DNA of 64,000 nt, taken from positions 11,098,001 to 11,162,000 of the forward strand of contig CM114271.1 of NCBI GenBank assembly GCA_050084515.1, written 5' to 3'. The translations under genes and the position numbers were made by a program. Source of the stretch: Blasia pusilla (lineage: Eukaryota). This document shows positions 1 to 11,430 of the stretch, piece by piece (the stretch's first letter is position 1; each line of letters opens with the position of its first letter). Below the pieces are notes generated by a model. The model saw only the letters and a program-made list of their open reading frames with translations, was not told where the DNA came from and did no database searches.

Positions 1-2131
1 ACAAAGGATTGTCACGGCTGCATCTTGGGAAATAAATGTATTTGCCCAAGTCTTTTTTTTTATTTGAGCACCCTTTGCCAGCATTTACAAGGACGTCGCC
101 CAAGAATCCCTTGTACTCTGCCGGGTGCGTCGTTAGCACTTTCTTCATGCGATTGCAATCCTGGATCCAGTGGTGGGTGACATTCCCCTCCGATGCAATC
201 CTGCACATCCAAACTCAATATCATAATTTTTGCAAGCTACATGGGTTCCTGCAACCCGTCAGACTCTGACAGGTTGTCACAGCTCATGGTCGGAATGGTT
301 GCTACGAGCTAAATTTTGCAACCCATCGGAGTCCGACGGATTGCATTCAGATTTGTGATTTCCTGGTTTCAACCCGTCAGACTCCGACAGGTTGTCAGAT
401 AGTTTGTATTAAGAGAGTTGTTTCCGCGAGAAAAGTGAACATATCAACCCGTCGGAGTCCGACAGGTTGCGCAATTTCAATTAAAGCTGCAATTCGATGC
501 CAAAAATCAAACTCCCCTACTCCGATTACCTTCTTGTGTCGGTGAATGCAACCTTTCGGACTCCGACGAGTTGCTTTCAGCCAAAAACATCAAAAAATAA
601 CGACCAGTCAAGCAACTCGTCGAACTCCGACGAGTTGCTTTCTTCCAAAAACATCCAAAAATAGCAGCCAGTCAAGCAACTCGTCGGACTCCAACGAGTT
701 GCTTTCGGCCAAAAACATCCTATACCATTGGTCAGTCGAACAACTCGTCGGACTCCGACGAGTTGCTTTCGGCCAAAAACATCCAAAAACACCGGCCAGT
801 CGAGCAACTCGTCAGACTTCGATGAGTTGCTTTCGGCCAAAAACATCCTAAAGCAGTGGTCAGTCGAACAACTCGTCGGACTCCGACGAGTTGCTTTCGG
901 CCAAAAACATCCTAAAATAGCGGCCAGTCAAGCAACTTGTCGGACTCCGACGAGTTGCTTTTGGCCAAAAACATGCCAAAAATAGTGGAGAGTCAAACAA
1001 GTTGTCGGAGTCCGACGGTTTGCGGCAAGAGGAAACTTACGTGTTCATGGCATGCATTGCCATCTCCATCGTTGCCATGTGATGAGGGTATGGATGTAGC
1101 ACGACTGCCTTCATGCAAAAATGCGCCTCCAATGAGTTTGGGCGCTCCTCTCTAAACTGGGTCCACGCCATGAACCTGTGGTTTCCATCCCACATGAAGA
1201 AATACAAGTTCCGCATCCAACTGAATTCCGTCCCCTCAATCGCCCTTCTGAATTCCTGATCTCTCATCCTCCAGAATGTGTCGAGCGCTTCCAAGTCCTC
1301 CTCCGTAACCAGCGCTTAGGTTCCATGTTCATCGTAAGGCTGAACATAGAATAGAGTGAAGCTGTTGATGTAGGATGTTGTCGATGCCGATTGTTTCAGC
1401 TTCGCAATATCCTCGTTAGACTGAATTTTGCACACGTACTCCATTGTCCGCAATCGGCAAAGTGGAATTCTCAAGGCGTTCTGGCCCTCCATCAGGGACA
1501 AGTTCAATAAACTACATTGAATTGCCAATGAATTGCAACATGGCCCTTCACATAACTCAAAGATGCAAGATCGTTTCTTACCCACTCGAAGATTGGGTTG
1601 ATGTCTTGGCCAGCCAAGTGCTCTGGGACAGTAGTTGGCAAGTCCACTGGAAACTTGTCGATCCGATAGAGGTTGATTTCTTCCGCCAGGCTAAGAGACG
1701 AGGAAGACCGCTCTCCTGCTTCTTCAGCGATGTCCACCATCTCCACGCTGGGGGTCCTCATGACCTCATGGTCAGTCACTCGAACTTCGTCCGTTTCTGC
1801 TATATTGATTGTGTCCCCGGACTTCATCGGGGATATTTCCTGCATCTCAACACTTTTGGTTGGACGGGCCGCGCTTTCTTCAATGGCAATCGCTTTTTCC
1901 CTTCGAGCTTTTGCCAATTCTGCTCTCCTCACCGATGCGTCCATTCGCCTTCTTAACACGTTTTGCAAGAAGCTCCTGCTTGTGCATCTCCGCTGCCCTT
2001 TCCCGCTCCTCGATTTCTTGCTGCCTTATCTCATTGGCCAAACGAGACCTTGGAGATGGTGATGCAGGAGTCCTCCCACCCTTGGGAGTGAAGCTCCCAA
2101 CCTTGCTTGCTTGAGTTTTTTTCCTCGTCAT
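1..2131 (-). pseudogene. ParB/Srx-like(-methyltransferase) cargo gene of MULE element, copy 1 (5' part; runs off the window start; frameshifts/stops)
   Basis: Minus-strand segments MTRKKTQASKVGSFTPK..., ...RIPLCRLRTMEYV..., ...FFMWDGNHRFMAW... are colinear with the plus-strand copy at 5367-7451. A GTAAGT donor (~1039) and CAG acceptor (~201) fall at the same positions as in that copy. Confidence 0.75.
250..1022. repeat. Array of 25-27 bp palindromes (GCAACTCGTCGGACTCCGACGAGTTGC variant), ~52-53 bp period in its core, inside intron of ParB-like gene copy 1
   Basis: Copies read directly at ~548, 612, 675, 740, 802, 868, 932 and 997. Spacers resemble each other (ttcggccaaaaacatcc...). Confidence 0.9.
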
Positions 2132-2399
2132 TGTTCCCGAAAATGCCTCCTATGGACGATCAGTCGCCTTGATGAGGCACCTTGCTGATGTTGCAATGAG
2201 TCGGCTTGATGAGTAGCTTGAATCTTCTCGCGATGAGTCGCGGTGTAAAGCGCCCCTTGGTATCTGGTCAGCCGCTGCGCGGAAGAGCAATTGATATCGC
2301 AAAACGAAAAACTGGAAATGATCGAACCTTTGAGCCATTGGGTCGCATCGTCATTCCGACGGCGATGTGTCGGCCGTTATGGAAGTCTGGACGTGAAAA

Positions 2400-3215
2400 A
2401 TGCTCCGATGGGTTGCACGCTTTCCGCGGATTCCATGCATCCGTCCTCCTGGCAACCCCTAAAAAATCGACAGGTTGCGCGCCTCCGCCGTCTTCGGGCA
2501 AGAACACGGGCTACCAGTGGAACTCATCAGAGGCCGACAGGTTGCACGCTTCCTTCATGTAAGCGTTACAAGGCGAGGCACTTGCGCAACCCGTCTGAGA
2601 CCGATCGGTTGCGCGCCTCCGCCGTCTTTGGGCAAGAAGGCGGGGCACCTGCACAACTCGTTAGAGGCTGGCGGGTTGTACGCTTCCTTCATGTAGGCGT
2701 TACAAGGCGAGGCACTTGCGCAACCCGTCTGAGGCAGACGGGTTGCGCGCCTCTGTTGTCTTTGGGCAAGAAGGCGCGGTACCCGCGCAAGTCGTCGGAG
2801 GCCGACGGGTTGCACGCTTCGCTTATCTTGGGATAATAGGCGAGGTACCAGGGCAACCCGTCGGTTATCGATAGGTTGCACGCTTTTCTATCCCTCGGGT
2901 AACAATGCGACAACGCATAGTTCCCAGGCAACCCTTAGCAATCCGACGGGTCACAACATCTACCCTGAGTTGGACAATCCCGCAAAAGTCCCCAACGATT
3001 GGTTGCCTTTGCAAATGCAAGAGATGTCTCGTGTTTGATGCTAGCAAAATCGACTCAAAAGACCATTGGTCGGCAAGAAGGGGATACCAACCCATCGGAC
3101 TCCAACGGGTTCCAACCTGCGTTGGGACACGGAAACAAAAAATAGAAGTGAGTGCTTCGCAACCCACGTCTTTGATTCCCAAATTCTGCAACCCATCGGA
3201 CTCCGTCAGGTTGCA
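2400..3215. repeat. Palindrome array (CAACCCGTCGG-n-CCGACGGGTTG) in the divergent intergenic region, copy 1
   Basis: Degenerate palindromes recur roughly every 60 bp between the ParB-like ATG (2131, -) and the putative transposase ATG (3408, +). Confidence 0.85.
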
Positions 3216-3407
3216 GCATAATTGAATCCATCATGTCAGACATTCTCACCTTCCAAACTTCATCTTGTCAATCAAATTCCGTCAGGAGAATCTGAGTCCC
3301 TATTAACTATAAATTCAACATTCTCATTCTTATTCTCATTCTCATTCCCAATCCCAATTTTATCCTCATTCTTATTCTCAGTCTCCTCCCGGTGGAATCT
3401 TCTGGGA

Positions 3408-3980
3408 ATGGATAATTATGTGAAGCTCACTTGTGGCAGTCATGTAGCGGCCCTTCCTCAATCAGAAATCGTTCGACCGCAAGCTCGTGAGTCTTTCATA
3501 GAAGTGGATGAAATTTTTTCTCTCAATTCGATTTTTTCTCCAAATTGGAACCATCTTTGTATCCAAGGATGTTAGGATGGACGGTACGGAGGACATAATA
3601 GGTGAGAAAGTCCAACCAATGATTGGAGACCATAAAGTATGGAATCTCCTACCTCTAGCAAATGGTCAATATAGAGTTTACGGCTTGCCTCTGAATTCCT
3701 CAGTTTCCCCAGTAGACAGTCTAGAATTTCCTCGTGCACCGAGCTCTATGTTTGCAACTCGTAGCTCAGTAGATCCGGCATCGACTCCAACTTCAAACGC
3801 TTGTAACAATGTTGTACTTCCTGAAGATATTTCGGATGTCATCAACCTCAAAAGATCTGTCGGACACCAATCGAGCCCTCTGTGCGCCTACTCATTCCTC
3901 TTGCGAGTATCAGGCAATAGTTTGCTATCGTCTGTGGCCTTGAAAATGTTCAAGCACATTCTTATCGATGAGTTGCCAAT
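3408..3980 (+). pseudogene. 5' portion of MULE transposase gene (copy 1), frameshifted and truncated
   Basis: Reads MDNYVKLTCGSH...ALKMFKHILIDELP. The end matches LAFKILKHILVNELPPTYDGN at ~39795, which leads into the transposase of copy 3. Confidence 0.6.
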
Positions 3981-4319
3981 TTCTTCTCCAATTTGGAGAA
4001 GAAATCGAACAGAGAGAAAATTTTCATCCACTGCTATGAAAGATTCACGAATGATTTCTGATTGAGGAAGGGCCGCCAGATGACTGCCACAAGTGAGCTT
4101 AACATAATTATCCATTCCCATAAATTTTGTACGGGAGGAGGGTGAGAATGAGAATGAGAATTTTTAATTTATAGTGAATAGGAAAATAGATACTCCTGAC
4201 AGATTTTTACTGACAAGATGAATTCGGTAGGTGACATTATTTGACACAATGGACCCAATTCTGTTGCAACAGATTCAATTCTCTTGAAATGTGTTACCGG
4301 ATTTGGGAAGTAGAGACGT

Positions 4320-4965
4320 GGGTTGCGAAGCACACTTCATTTTTTTGGAACCTGTCGGAGTCGTGGTAACTCAACAATTAACCCAAGCTAACCGAAGCCT
4401 GCAACCCGTCGGCTTCGGACGGGTTGCACGCTTCTGCCTTACCTTCAAACGCAAACATGGTCGAAGCTGGAAACCTGTCGCTCTCCGACGAGTTGCTCGG
4501 ATACCGCTCCTTCTTGCCCGAAGATGCCGGAGGCGTGCAAACTGTCTGTTCCCGATGAGTTCCGCGGGTGCCGCACCTATTTGCCCAAAGACGGCGAGGC
4601 GTGCAACCCGTCGCCCTCCAACGGGTTGCACAAGGGCCTTGCCTTATGGTGCTTACATGAAGGAAGTGTGCAACTTGTCGGACTCCGACGAGTTGCGCGA
4701 GAAGCCCGCATTGTTAACCCTTGACGAGGGAAGCGTGCAACCCAACGGTCTCCGACGGATTGCGTGTGTACGTCTCGTTCTTGTCCGAACACGGCGGAGG
4801 CGCGCAACATGTCGGTCTCCGACGGGTTGCGTGGGTACCTCGCGTTCTTGTCCGAAGACGGCGGAGGCGCTCAACCCGTCGGTCTCCGACGGGTTGCTTG
4901 CGCACGTGGCGAGATACCCAGGAAGGCGGAGGCGCGCAACCTGTCGGACTCCGACGGGTTGCCAT
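4320..4965. repeat. Palindrome array in the divergent intergenic region, copy 2
   Basis: Examples: CAACCCGTCGGTCTCCGACGGGTTG at ~4872 and CAACCTGTCGGACTCCGACGGGTTG at ~4937; period ~60-65 bp. Confidence 0.9.
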
Positions 4966-5179
4966 TTTTCACGTCCGAACTTCCGTAACCTCCGGCACAT
5001 TTCCGTCGAAAGGACGACGGGACCCAACGGTCAGCCCAGCAGCTAGAAAAGTATAAATAGGGCAGAAATTGCTCATTTCCGGTTTCTCATTTCGCGATCT
5101 CCATTCCTCTCTCTCCCGCGCAGCAGCTGATCAGATACCAAGGGGCATTTCACACGTCGAGTCATCGCGAGTCGATACG

Positions 5180-5282
5180 AGGGAACGAGAGCGAGACGGT
5201 TTGACCGAAAGAGAGCAAGATGGTTCGACCGAACGAGAGCAAGATGGTTCGACCAAACGAGAGCAAGACGGTTCGACTGAAT
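5180..5282 (+). repeat. 24-bp tandem repeat x~4 (gaacgagagcaagatggttcgacc) upstream of the ParB-like ATG
   Basis: Directly visible; gives the repeated EREQDGST peptide in the ORF track. Confidence 0.85.
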
Positions 5283-6609
5283 GATCGCGAGACAATTCAA
5301 GCTACCCATCAAGGCGACTGATCAAGTGATTCATCGTGGACATAGGTGGAGGCATTTCCAGAAAAGATGACGAGGAAAAAATCACAAGCCAATAAGTCTG
5401 GGAGCTTCACTCCGAAGTCCATTAGGACTCCTGCGTCAACATCTCCAAGGCCTCGTTCGGCGAATGAAATTAGGCAGCAGGAAATCGAGGAGCGGGAAAG
5501 GGAAGGGGAGATGCACAAACAGGAGGTTCTTGCGAGACGTGTTCAAGAGGCACTCGATAGACAGAACGCAGAGGCTGAGACGTCGCATGCCTTGAAGAAA
5601 AGTATCGCCGATTTAAAAGAGAGAAAAGAAGCGTGACGGGCGGGCGTCGGTGAGGAGAGCAGAATTGGCTAAAGCGAGGAGGGAAAAAGCGATAGCCATT
5701 GACGATAGCCCTGCCCGTCCAACCAAAAATGTTGAGATGCGGGAAATATCCCCGATGAAGTCCAGGGATACAATCAACATAGCGGAAACGCCAGAAGTTC
5801 AAATCACGGACGATGAGGTCATGAGGACCGCCAGCGTGGAGATGGTGGACATTGCCGAAGAAGCCGGAGAGCAGTCATTCTCGTCTCCAAGCCCGGAGGA
5901 AGACATCGACCTCTATCGGATCGACGAGTTCCCAATCGATTTGCCAGCTTCTGTCTCAGACAAGTCGGCTGGTCAAGAAACCGACCCAATTTTCGAGCGG
6001 GTAAGAGAGGATATGGGTTTTTTGAATTATGTGAATTCATTGGGAATTCAATGTAGCTTATTGATCTTGTCCCGGTTCTGACAGGTGGTAAAGCTGATGG
6101 CACTCATGGAGGGCCACAACGCCTCGAGGATTCCACTCTGCCGATTGCGGACAATGGAATACGTCCGCAAAATTCAGTCCGACGAGGACATCGCGAAGCT
6201 TAAACAATCGGCGGCGACAGCATCCTACGTCGATAGCTTTCCTCCCTTCTATGTTCAGCCTTACGACGAGCATGGAACGCAAGCCCTGGTTACGGAGGAG
6301 GACTTGGAAAAGCTTGACACATTCTGGAGGATGAGAGACCAGGATTTCAGAAGGCAAGTAGAGGGCACGGAATTCAGTTGGATGAGGAATCTGTATTTCT
6401 TCATCTGGGATGGAAATCACAGGTTTATGGCGTGGACCAAGTTTGCAGAGGAGCGGCCCAACTCCTTGGAGGCACATTTTTGCATGAAGGCAGTGGTCCT
6501 TCATCCATTCCCTCATCACATGGCCACGTTGGAGATGGCAATGCATGCCATGAACACGTGAGTATCTTCTTGCTGGGTCGGGACCGTTGTTGGGATGCTT
6601 TTGGCCAAA

Positions 6610-7210
6610 CGCAACTCGTCGGAGTCCGACGAGTTGCTCGATTGAGGAATGGGTTAGGTTTTTTTTTGTCGAAAGCAACTCGTCGGACTCCGACGAGTTG
6701 CTCGACTCGACGCTTTTTCACGATGTTTTTTGAAGAATGCAACTCGTCGAGTTGTTCAACTGACCACAGATTTAATAAGTTTTGTTGGCCCAAAGCAAAC
6801 CGTCGGAGTCCGACGGGTTGCTCGACTTGCCGCCTTTTCAGGATGTTTTTTGAAGAAAGCAACTCGTCGAACTCGGACGAGTTGTTTGACTAACCGCAGG
6901 TTTATTATGTTTTTTGCCTAAAGCAACCCGTCGGAGTCCGACGGGTTGCTTGCCTCGAAACTGTTTTTGGCCGAAATCAACTCGTCGGAGTCCGACGGGT
7001 TGCATTCGGAAGTTGGTTTGGCAAATTTCGCGTCAAATTGCAAGTTTCCATTCAATTGCGCAACTTGTCGGACCCCGACGGGTTGCTATGTTCACGTTAG
7101 TATGTTCAATTGCACAACCCGTCGGAGTCCGACGGGTTGAAACCAGGCATTAGCTCGTTCCTAGAATCTGACCTTGAGCTGTGACGACCCGTCGGAGTCC
7201 GACGGGTTGT
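6610..7210. repeat. Palindrome array in intron 2 of the ParB-MTase gene
   Basis: Perfect CAACCCGTCGGAGTCCGACGGGTTG at ~6924 and ~7115, plus CTC/GAG variants at ~6612 and ~6676. Confidence 0.9.
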
Positions 7211-9373
7211 AGGAACCCATGTAATTTTCTTACGGGTTGAGTTTGGATGTGCAGGATTGTATCGGAGGGGAATGTCACCCACCACTGGATCCAAGACTGC
7301 GATCGGGTGAAGAAGGTGCTTACGACGAGAGTACAAGGGGTTCTTGGGCAACGCCCTTGTAAATCTGATGCTTGCAAAGGGTGCTCAGATAAAAAAGAAA
7401 ACTTGGGCAAATAAGTTTATTTCCCAAGATGCAGCCGTAACCATCCTTTGCTAGTCGAAGATATAGGCCGCAAAGAAGAGCGCTGCACTAGAGCTGGAGC
7501 GGAGGGAGAAAGTATCTAGGTCTGAGCGCGCGAAATTCATCCAAGTTGCAGTATCTGCAGCCACGAAATACACGGCGAGCAAGATACATCAGCATTCTCA
7601 ACCCCGATCTTGGTCCGGAGTTCTACAAGGAGCTGAAGGCAATTATCAAGCGCCAGCGAAAAAGGGATGAAGATCCGCAAGGTCGGATTGGGGAGAAAGT
7701 GTCCCTGGATCGCGTGCATCGGTTTGCGTTGTCCGGCATAAGCGAGTTTAGGAAGATCCGACTAATGAAAATCAGTCTCGAGGGCACAGAGGCCCAGAAG
7801 AGGGCGGCACACCATCCTCCGGGTGTGTCCGACCCAATGATCTCCCACTGGCTACGCCAATGGTCGTTCTGGGATGCGTTGCGGGTTATCGGGAAGTCCG
7901 TGCTGGACGGTCTACAAGCGAAGCTCAAAAGATTAGAGCCCATTCCGGATGAAGCAAAATTGGAAAGTTCTGTAGATTTCGAGGTTTGGCTCGACGACAT
8001 CCGAGACAATCCAATAAAAAACCCAGGATTCAAGACAATGTTCAAGGTTTGCATCCTCCCTCAGGCAGAGCTTGACGAAGAAATCGAGGGGAACAAACGG
8101 GATCAAGCAAAGAAGAAGCGAGATCTACAGGAGCAGACGGCCGATTCAATTCGAGTAAAAGCTGCCCAACGGATGGTCTTCATGTACCTCGTCCAGTGTA
8201 AGAATGCAGGTACCTAGGGAAAATTACCGGCAGCCTTGAAATTGTGGGCTTCGCCGCCTGATGGAGAGACATTCTCCATGTATGACATGGAGATGGGGCA
8301 GCACATGTCTGATTGGAAGGTGGAGAATTGCCCCATTTAGCTTGACTTCAACGACCCTGAAGACATCACCGATAAGGATTTACGAGTGCTTCATGATGCA
8401 GTGGCCTCAGGACAAGACGACATCCCCAATTTTGTGCAGCCTGAAGACTTCTTCGGAGGAGATGCGGAAGAGCAAGCCCACGAGACAGCTGAGTTGACTT
8501 CCAAGGTCGCACAGCCAAAGACAAATCCACACGGGTCTCAAAGGCAAGGCGAGGGGAGGGAAAAGTTATGAGGCCGAGTCTTCCCAAAGAGAGGCTGAAG
8601 ATTCAAGGCCAGAGGCGGAATCGTCCGGGCGAGCGGGGAGAGAGGGTCGGACCAGGTCCTCGGCGAAAAAAAACCCCACTAGAGTCTGAGGTCATAGAGA
8701 CCCCGACAAGCCGTCCGCAAACTCGGGAGAAGCCGAAGCGAGAGGTGCCAGGGTTGTCCCAAGGAGAATACAGTCCATCATCCTTGGGAAGACACAGACA
8801 AACAACGACCCAGACAAGCGGCCTCCTTCAGTTCACTCCTTTACTGGATGAGCTGAAAAGCTTCAGTTCTCAAGCGTCGACACCAGCCATCGATAAATTG
8901 ACAACGCGGGGACGGAAGCTCCAATGAAATGGGCACGCTGCTTGGACGGTGAATGGAGTGATCGAAGAGGTTGCGATGGATCTCTTGATCGCTGATCTGC
9001 CCCTCGGGGTTGCGACTGTGGGGCGAGAATCCGTCGGACGGGGTACGTGAGTGGAATGTGCCGCTGTCTTATGACCAAATCGCGCTATTGTTCTCCTTTG
9101 CAGACGCCTATCTGAGTGACAGGGGCTGCTTCTTGGTGTTGACTAGAGGGAGCGAGGACGATCTCTTCAATCTCCAGTGCGTCAAGAGGTCGCTAAAGTG
9201 GAGGATGGCGCAATTGTGGATCATAAAAAACGAGTACCCACTCTGATTTGCGACGAGTCAGATTCGGGTAAGGCTCAATTCTTGTAGTATAATCTCAAAT
9301 ATATTTTCAAATTCGGGTAAGGCTCAATGAGTGTTAATTTCAGATAGTATATCTCCGTTTTTTTTGTCGGTGA

Positions 9374-9677
9374 GCAACCCGTCGGAAGGCGACGGGTTGC
9401 TAGCTTAGAGCAGCCCATGCTCGGGTGAGAGCAACCCGTCGGTTTCCGACGGGTTGCATCTTTCCCATAAACACAGGGAAAACCGTGGTGTACCTGCAAC
9501 CCCTCGGAACCCGACGGGTTGTAGTTGCTTTTGGTTTTTCCCTATGTTTACGGAAAGCTGCAACCCGTGTGATAGCGACGGGTTGCTCTCAGCGAGCATG
9601 GGCTGCTGTAGGCGACAACCCGTCGCCTTCCGGCGGGTTGCTCCTGCACAAAACAACGGAGAGCTCGACGGGTTGAT
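9374..9677. repeat. Palindrome array in the intron splitting the MTase-like domain
   Basis: About six copies with variable centres (GGAAGGC, GGTTTCC, GCCTTCC) between the GTAAGG donor (~9268) and the TTTCAG acceptor (~9816). Confidence 0.85.
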
Positions 9678-10309
9678 CCAAAGTAAGTAATTGAAAAAAG
9701 TTCTCTAGGGTCAAGCCGACTTCTTTGAATTCTTGACATTGTTTCCAACGTGCTTCTTTCTGAGATGGACCACTCCCCCAGCGTCTTTTGCCCGTTCGGC
9801 CCGAGCATAATTTCAGGTGTACAAGATCCAGGATCTTGTGGATCCATGCTCAGATGGGTACAACTTAGAAAGTTTGTACAATCCCCACGAGAATTTACAT
9901 GCAAGCAGTACCACACTACGGGAGGAAGGGAAAAATCGCCGACCACGATGCAACGCTCATCGAGCTCTGCTCGAGCCGGGTGACTTGGTGTTCAACTTAG
10001 TGGGACTTTCGAGGGCAAGTATCAAAGCGCTGGCGAGTGGCGGGAACATTCTCGCCTCGAGGAAGGCATGAACTATTTGACCTTTGCAATGAGGCAAAGC
10101 GGAATCTGAAAGGCTCGTTGGGCGCACAACTCTCTACGGCCGAGAGCTCGGTTCGGACCCACCCTTGGTAGTGACTCCATCGTCACTTCCAACGATTCCG
10201 AAAATCGGGAGGGCAAGGCCGAAAGTAATTTTGCAAGAGCTCTCGAACGATGACGAGTGAGTTCAAAGAACTCAACGACGCAGCTTGACTGCAGCATTTG
10301 GAGTAGGGA

Positions 10310-11430
10310 GTTTTTTGATGATGAGGCAAAAGATTTCATAGAATAGATCAAATGTACAGTTCCGAGCTTTTTCGGATGGTATAAAGGAGAAGATTTTTTC
10401 GAACGATGGTGGTGCTTGTAAAAGTTTGCTGAACATTTTTTATGTCTTTTCGAATGTGATGGTCTATGTACTCCGCGGACTTCTATTTTGCAACCCGTCG
10501 GATTTCTCCTACTTGCAACTTTTCACTTTTTGACGACAGCACCTTTTTACCACTTCCAGGAAACCTGTCGGATTCCGACAGGTTGCCTGATCGGACTCTT
10601 TCCCTGTTGGTCCAACTTAAGAGGCACTCTGGCGGGCTTCTTCCCTTGGCACCTTCCCCTCAACTCGTAAAGGGAGCCGTAGGCTTCTTTTCTTCTCTCA
10701 GACGTGTTGGATTCCTACTACCTGTGCGATTGCCATCATGGTATTACCAAGGACGGAGCACATATTGATAATGGATGGATGTCACATTGCAGAGCGTACA
10801 AGGTATACTGCCGAGGAAGGCGGTGGGACTCAAATCAGGTTACATGGGACCGTTATGGCGTACCTAGGGGGGGGCCAAGGCTCTCAAATTGGCCAACATT
10901 TTCGATCCCCGTCTACAATCGACCAGAGGAGCCACTTGTATCCCAGGACATTCCTTTTGTACTGTCACCGAGGAGAGTTAGGAGTAAATTTGTAGATAAC
11001 GAGGCTGAAGAAATCATAGACTAGGTCAAATGTACATTTCCGAGGTTCCTTCGGAGGTAATAAAGGACGAGATTTTTTCAACCCATAATGGTGTTTGTAA
11101 AAGTTTGCTGGAATATTTTGTTAGACTTGTGGATTGTGTTCTTTTAGCTACTCAGAATTACAATTTTGCAACCCGTATGATTCCGATGGATTGCAACTTT
11201 TTCTTTTTGCCCACTACAACTTTTTAACCATTTCCAAGCAAGCTGTCGGATTCCGATAGGTTGACTGCTTGAGTGATCGGACTCTTTCCCTGTGAGACCA
11301 ACTTCTGACGCATTGTGGCGGGCTTCTTAACGTTTGGCTCGTTCCCCTATATTCGTCAAACCAGTTGTAGGCTTCTTTTCTTGTCTAAGATGTGCAGGAT
11401 TCCTACTACATGTCGGATTGCCATTTTGGA
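10310..11430 (+). repeat. Diverged direct duplication (~430 bp: ~10310-10740 and ~10990-11430) inside the MULE element
   Basis: Shared blocks tcaaatgtaca.ttccgag, tgtaaaagtttgctg, gatcggactctttccctgt and ggattcctactac occur in the same order in both units. Confidence 0.75.

Larger units (their letters stand above)
5367..10260 (+). pseudogene. Multi-exon gene: charged N-terminus + ParB/Srx-like domain + helical region + beta-class N6-adenine/N4-cytosine DNA methyltransferase-like domain; disrupted by frameshifts/stops
   Basis: ATG at 5367. Exon 6085-6557 has IPLCRLRTMEYVR...IAKLKQS and FFIWDGNHRFMAW (ParB/Srx-type G-x-x-R motif). GT-AG introns at 6031-6084, 6558-7254 and ~9268-9816. Motif IV-like MDLLIADLP at 8976-9002, then WN...FADAYLSDRGCFLV. 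Motif X/I-like GREKS..LIELCS.PGDLVF..G...ASIKA.LASG.NILA at ~9921-10060 across frameshifts. Likely stop TGA at 10258-10260. Confidence 0.7.

Noticed and set aside
548-1022. CRISPR array (palindromic repeats with regular spacing; also 6610-7210 and 39014-39515)
   Set aside because: Spacers are homologous to one another, repeats are degenerate and lie in spliceosomal introns, no cas genes are present, and the context is eukaryotic.
2206-5056. Overlapping ORFs rich in ATRRSPTG / QPVGLRRVA peptides
   Set aside because: These are translation products of the palindrome arrays, open on both strands with no protein-like content.
1-7451. Assembly fold-back artefact or very recent palindromic duplication
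   Set aside because: The arms differ by many substitutions and indels (e.g. TQASKVGSFTPKGG versus SQANKSGSFTPKSI), so they are distinct family members.
5367-10260. Bacterial contamination or a recent prokaryotic HGT block
   Set aside because: The gene has GT-AG introns conserved between copies and is embedded in a multi-copy eukaryotic transposon.
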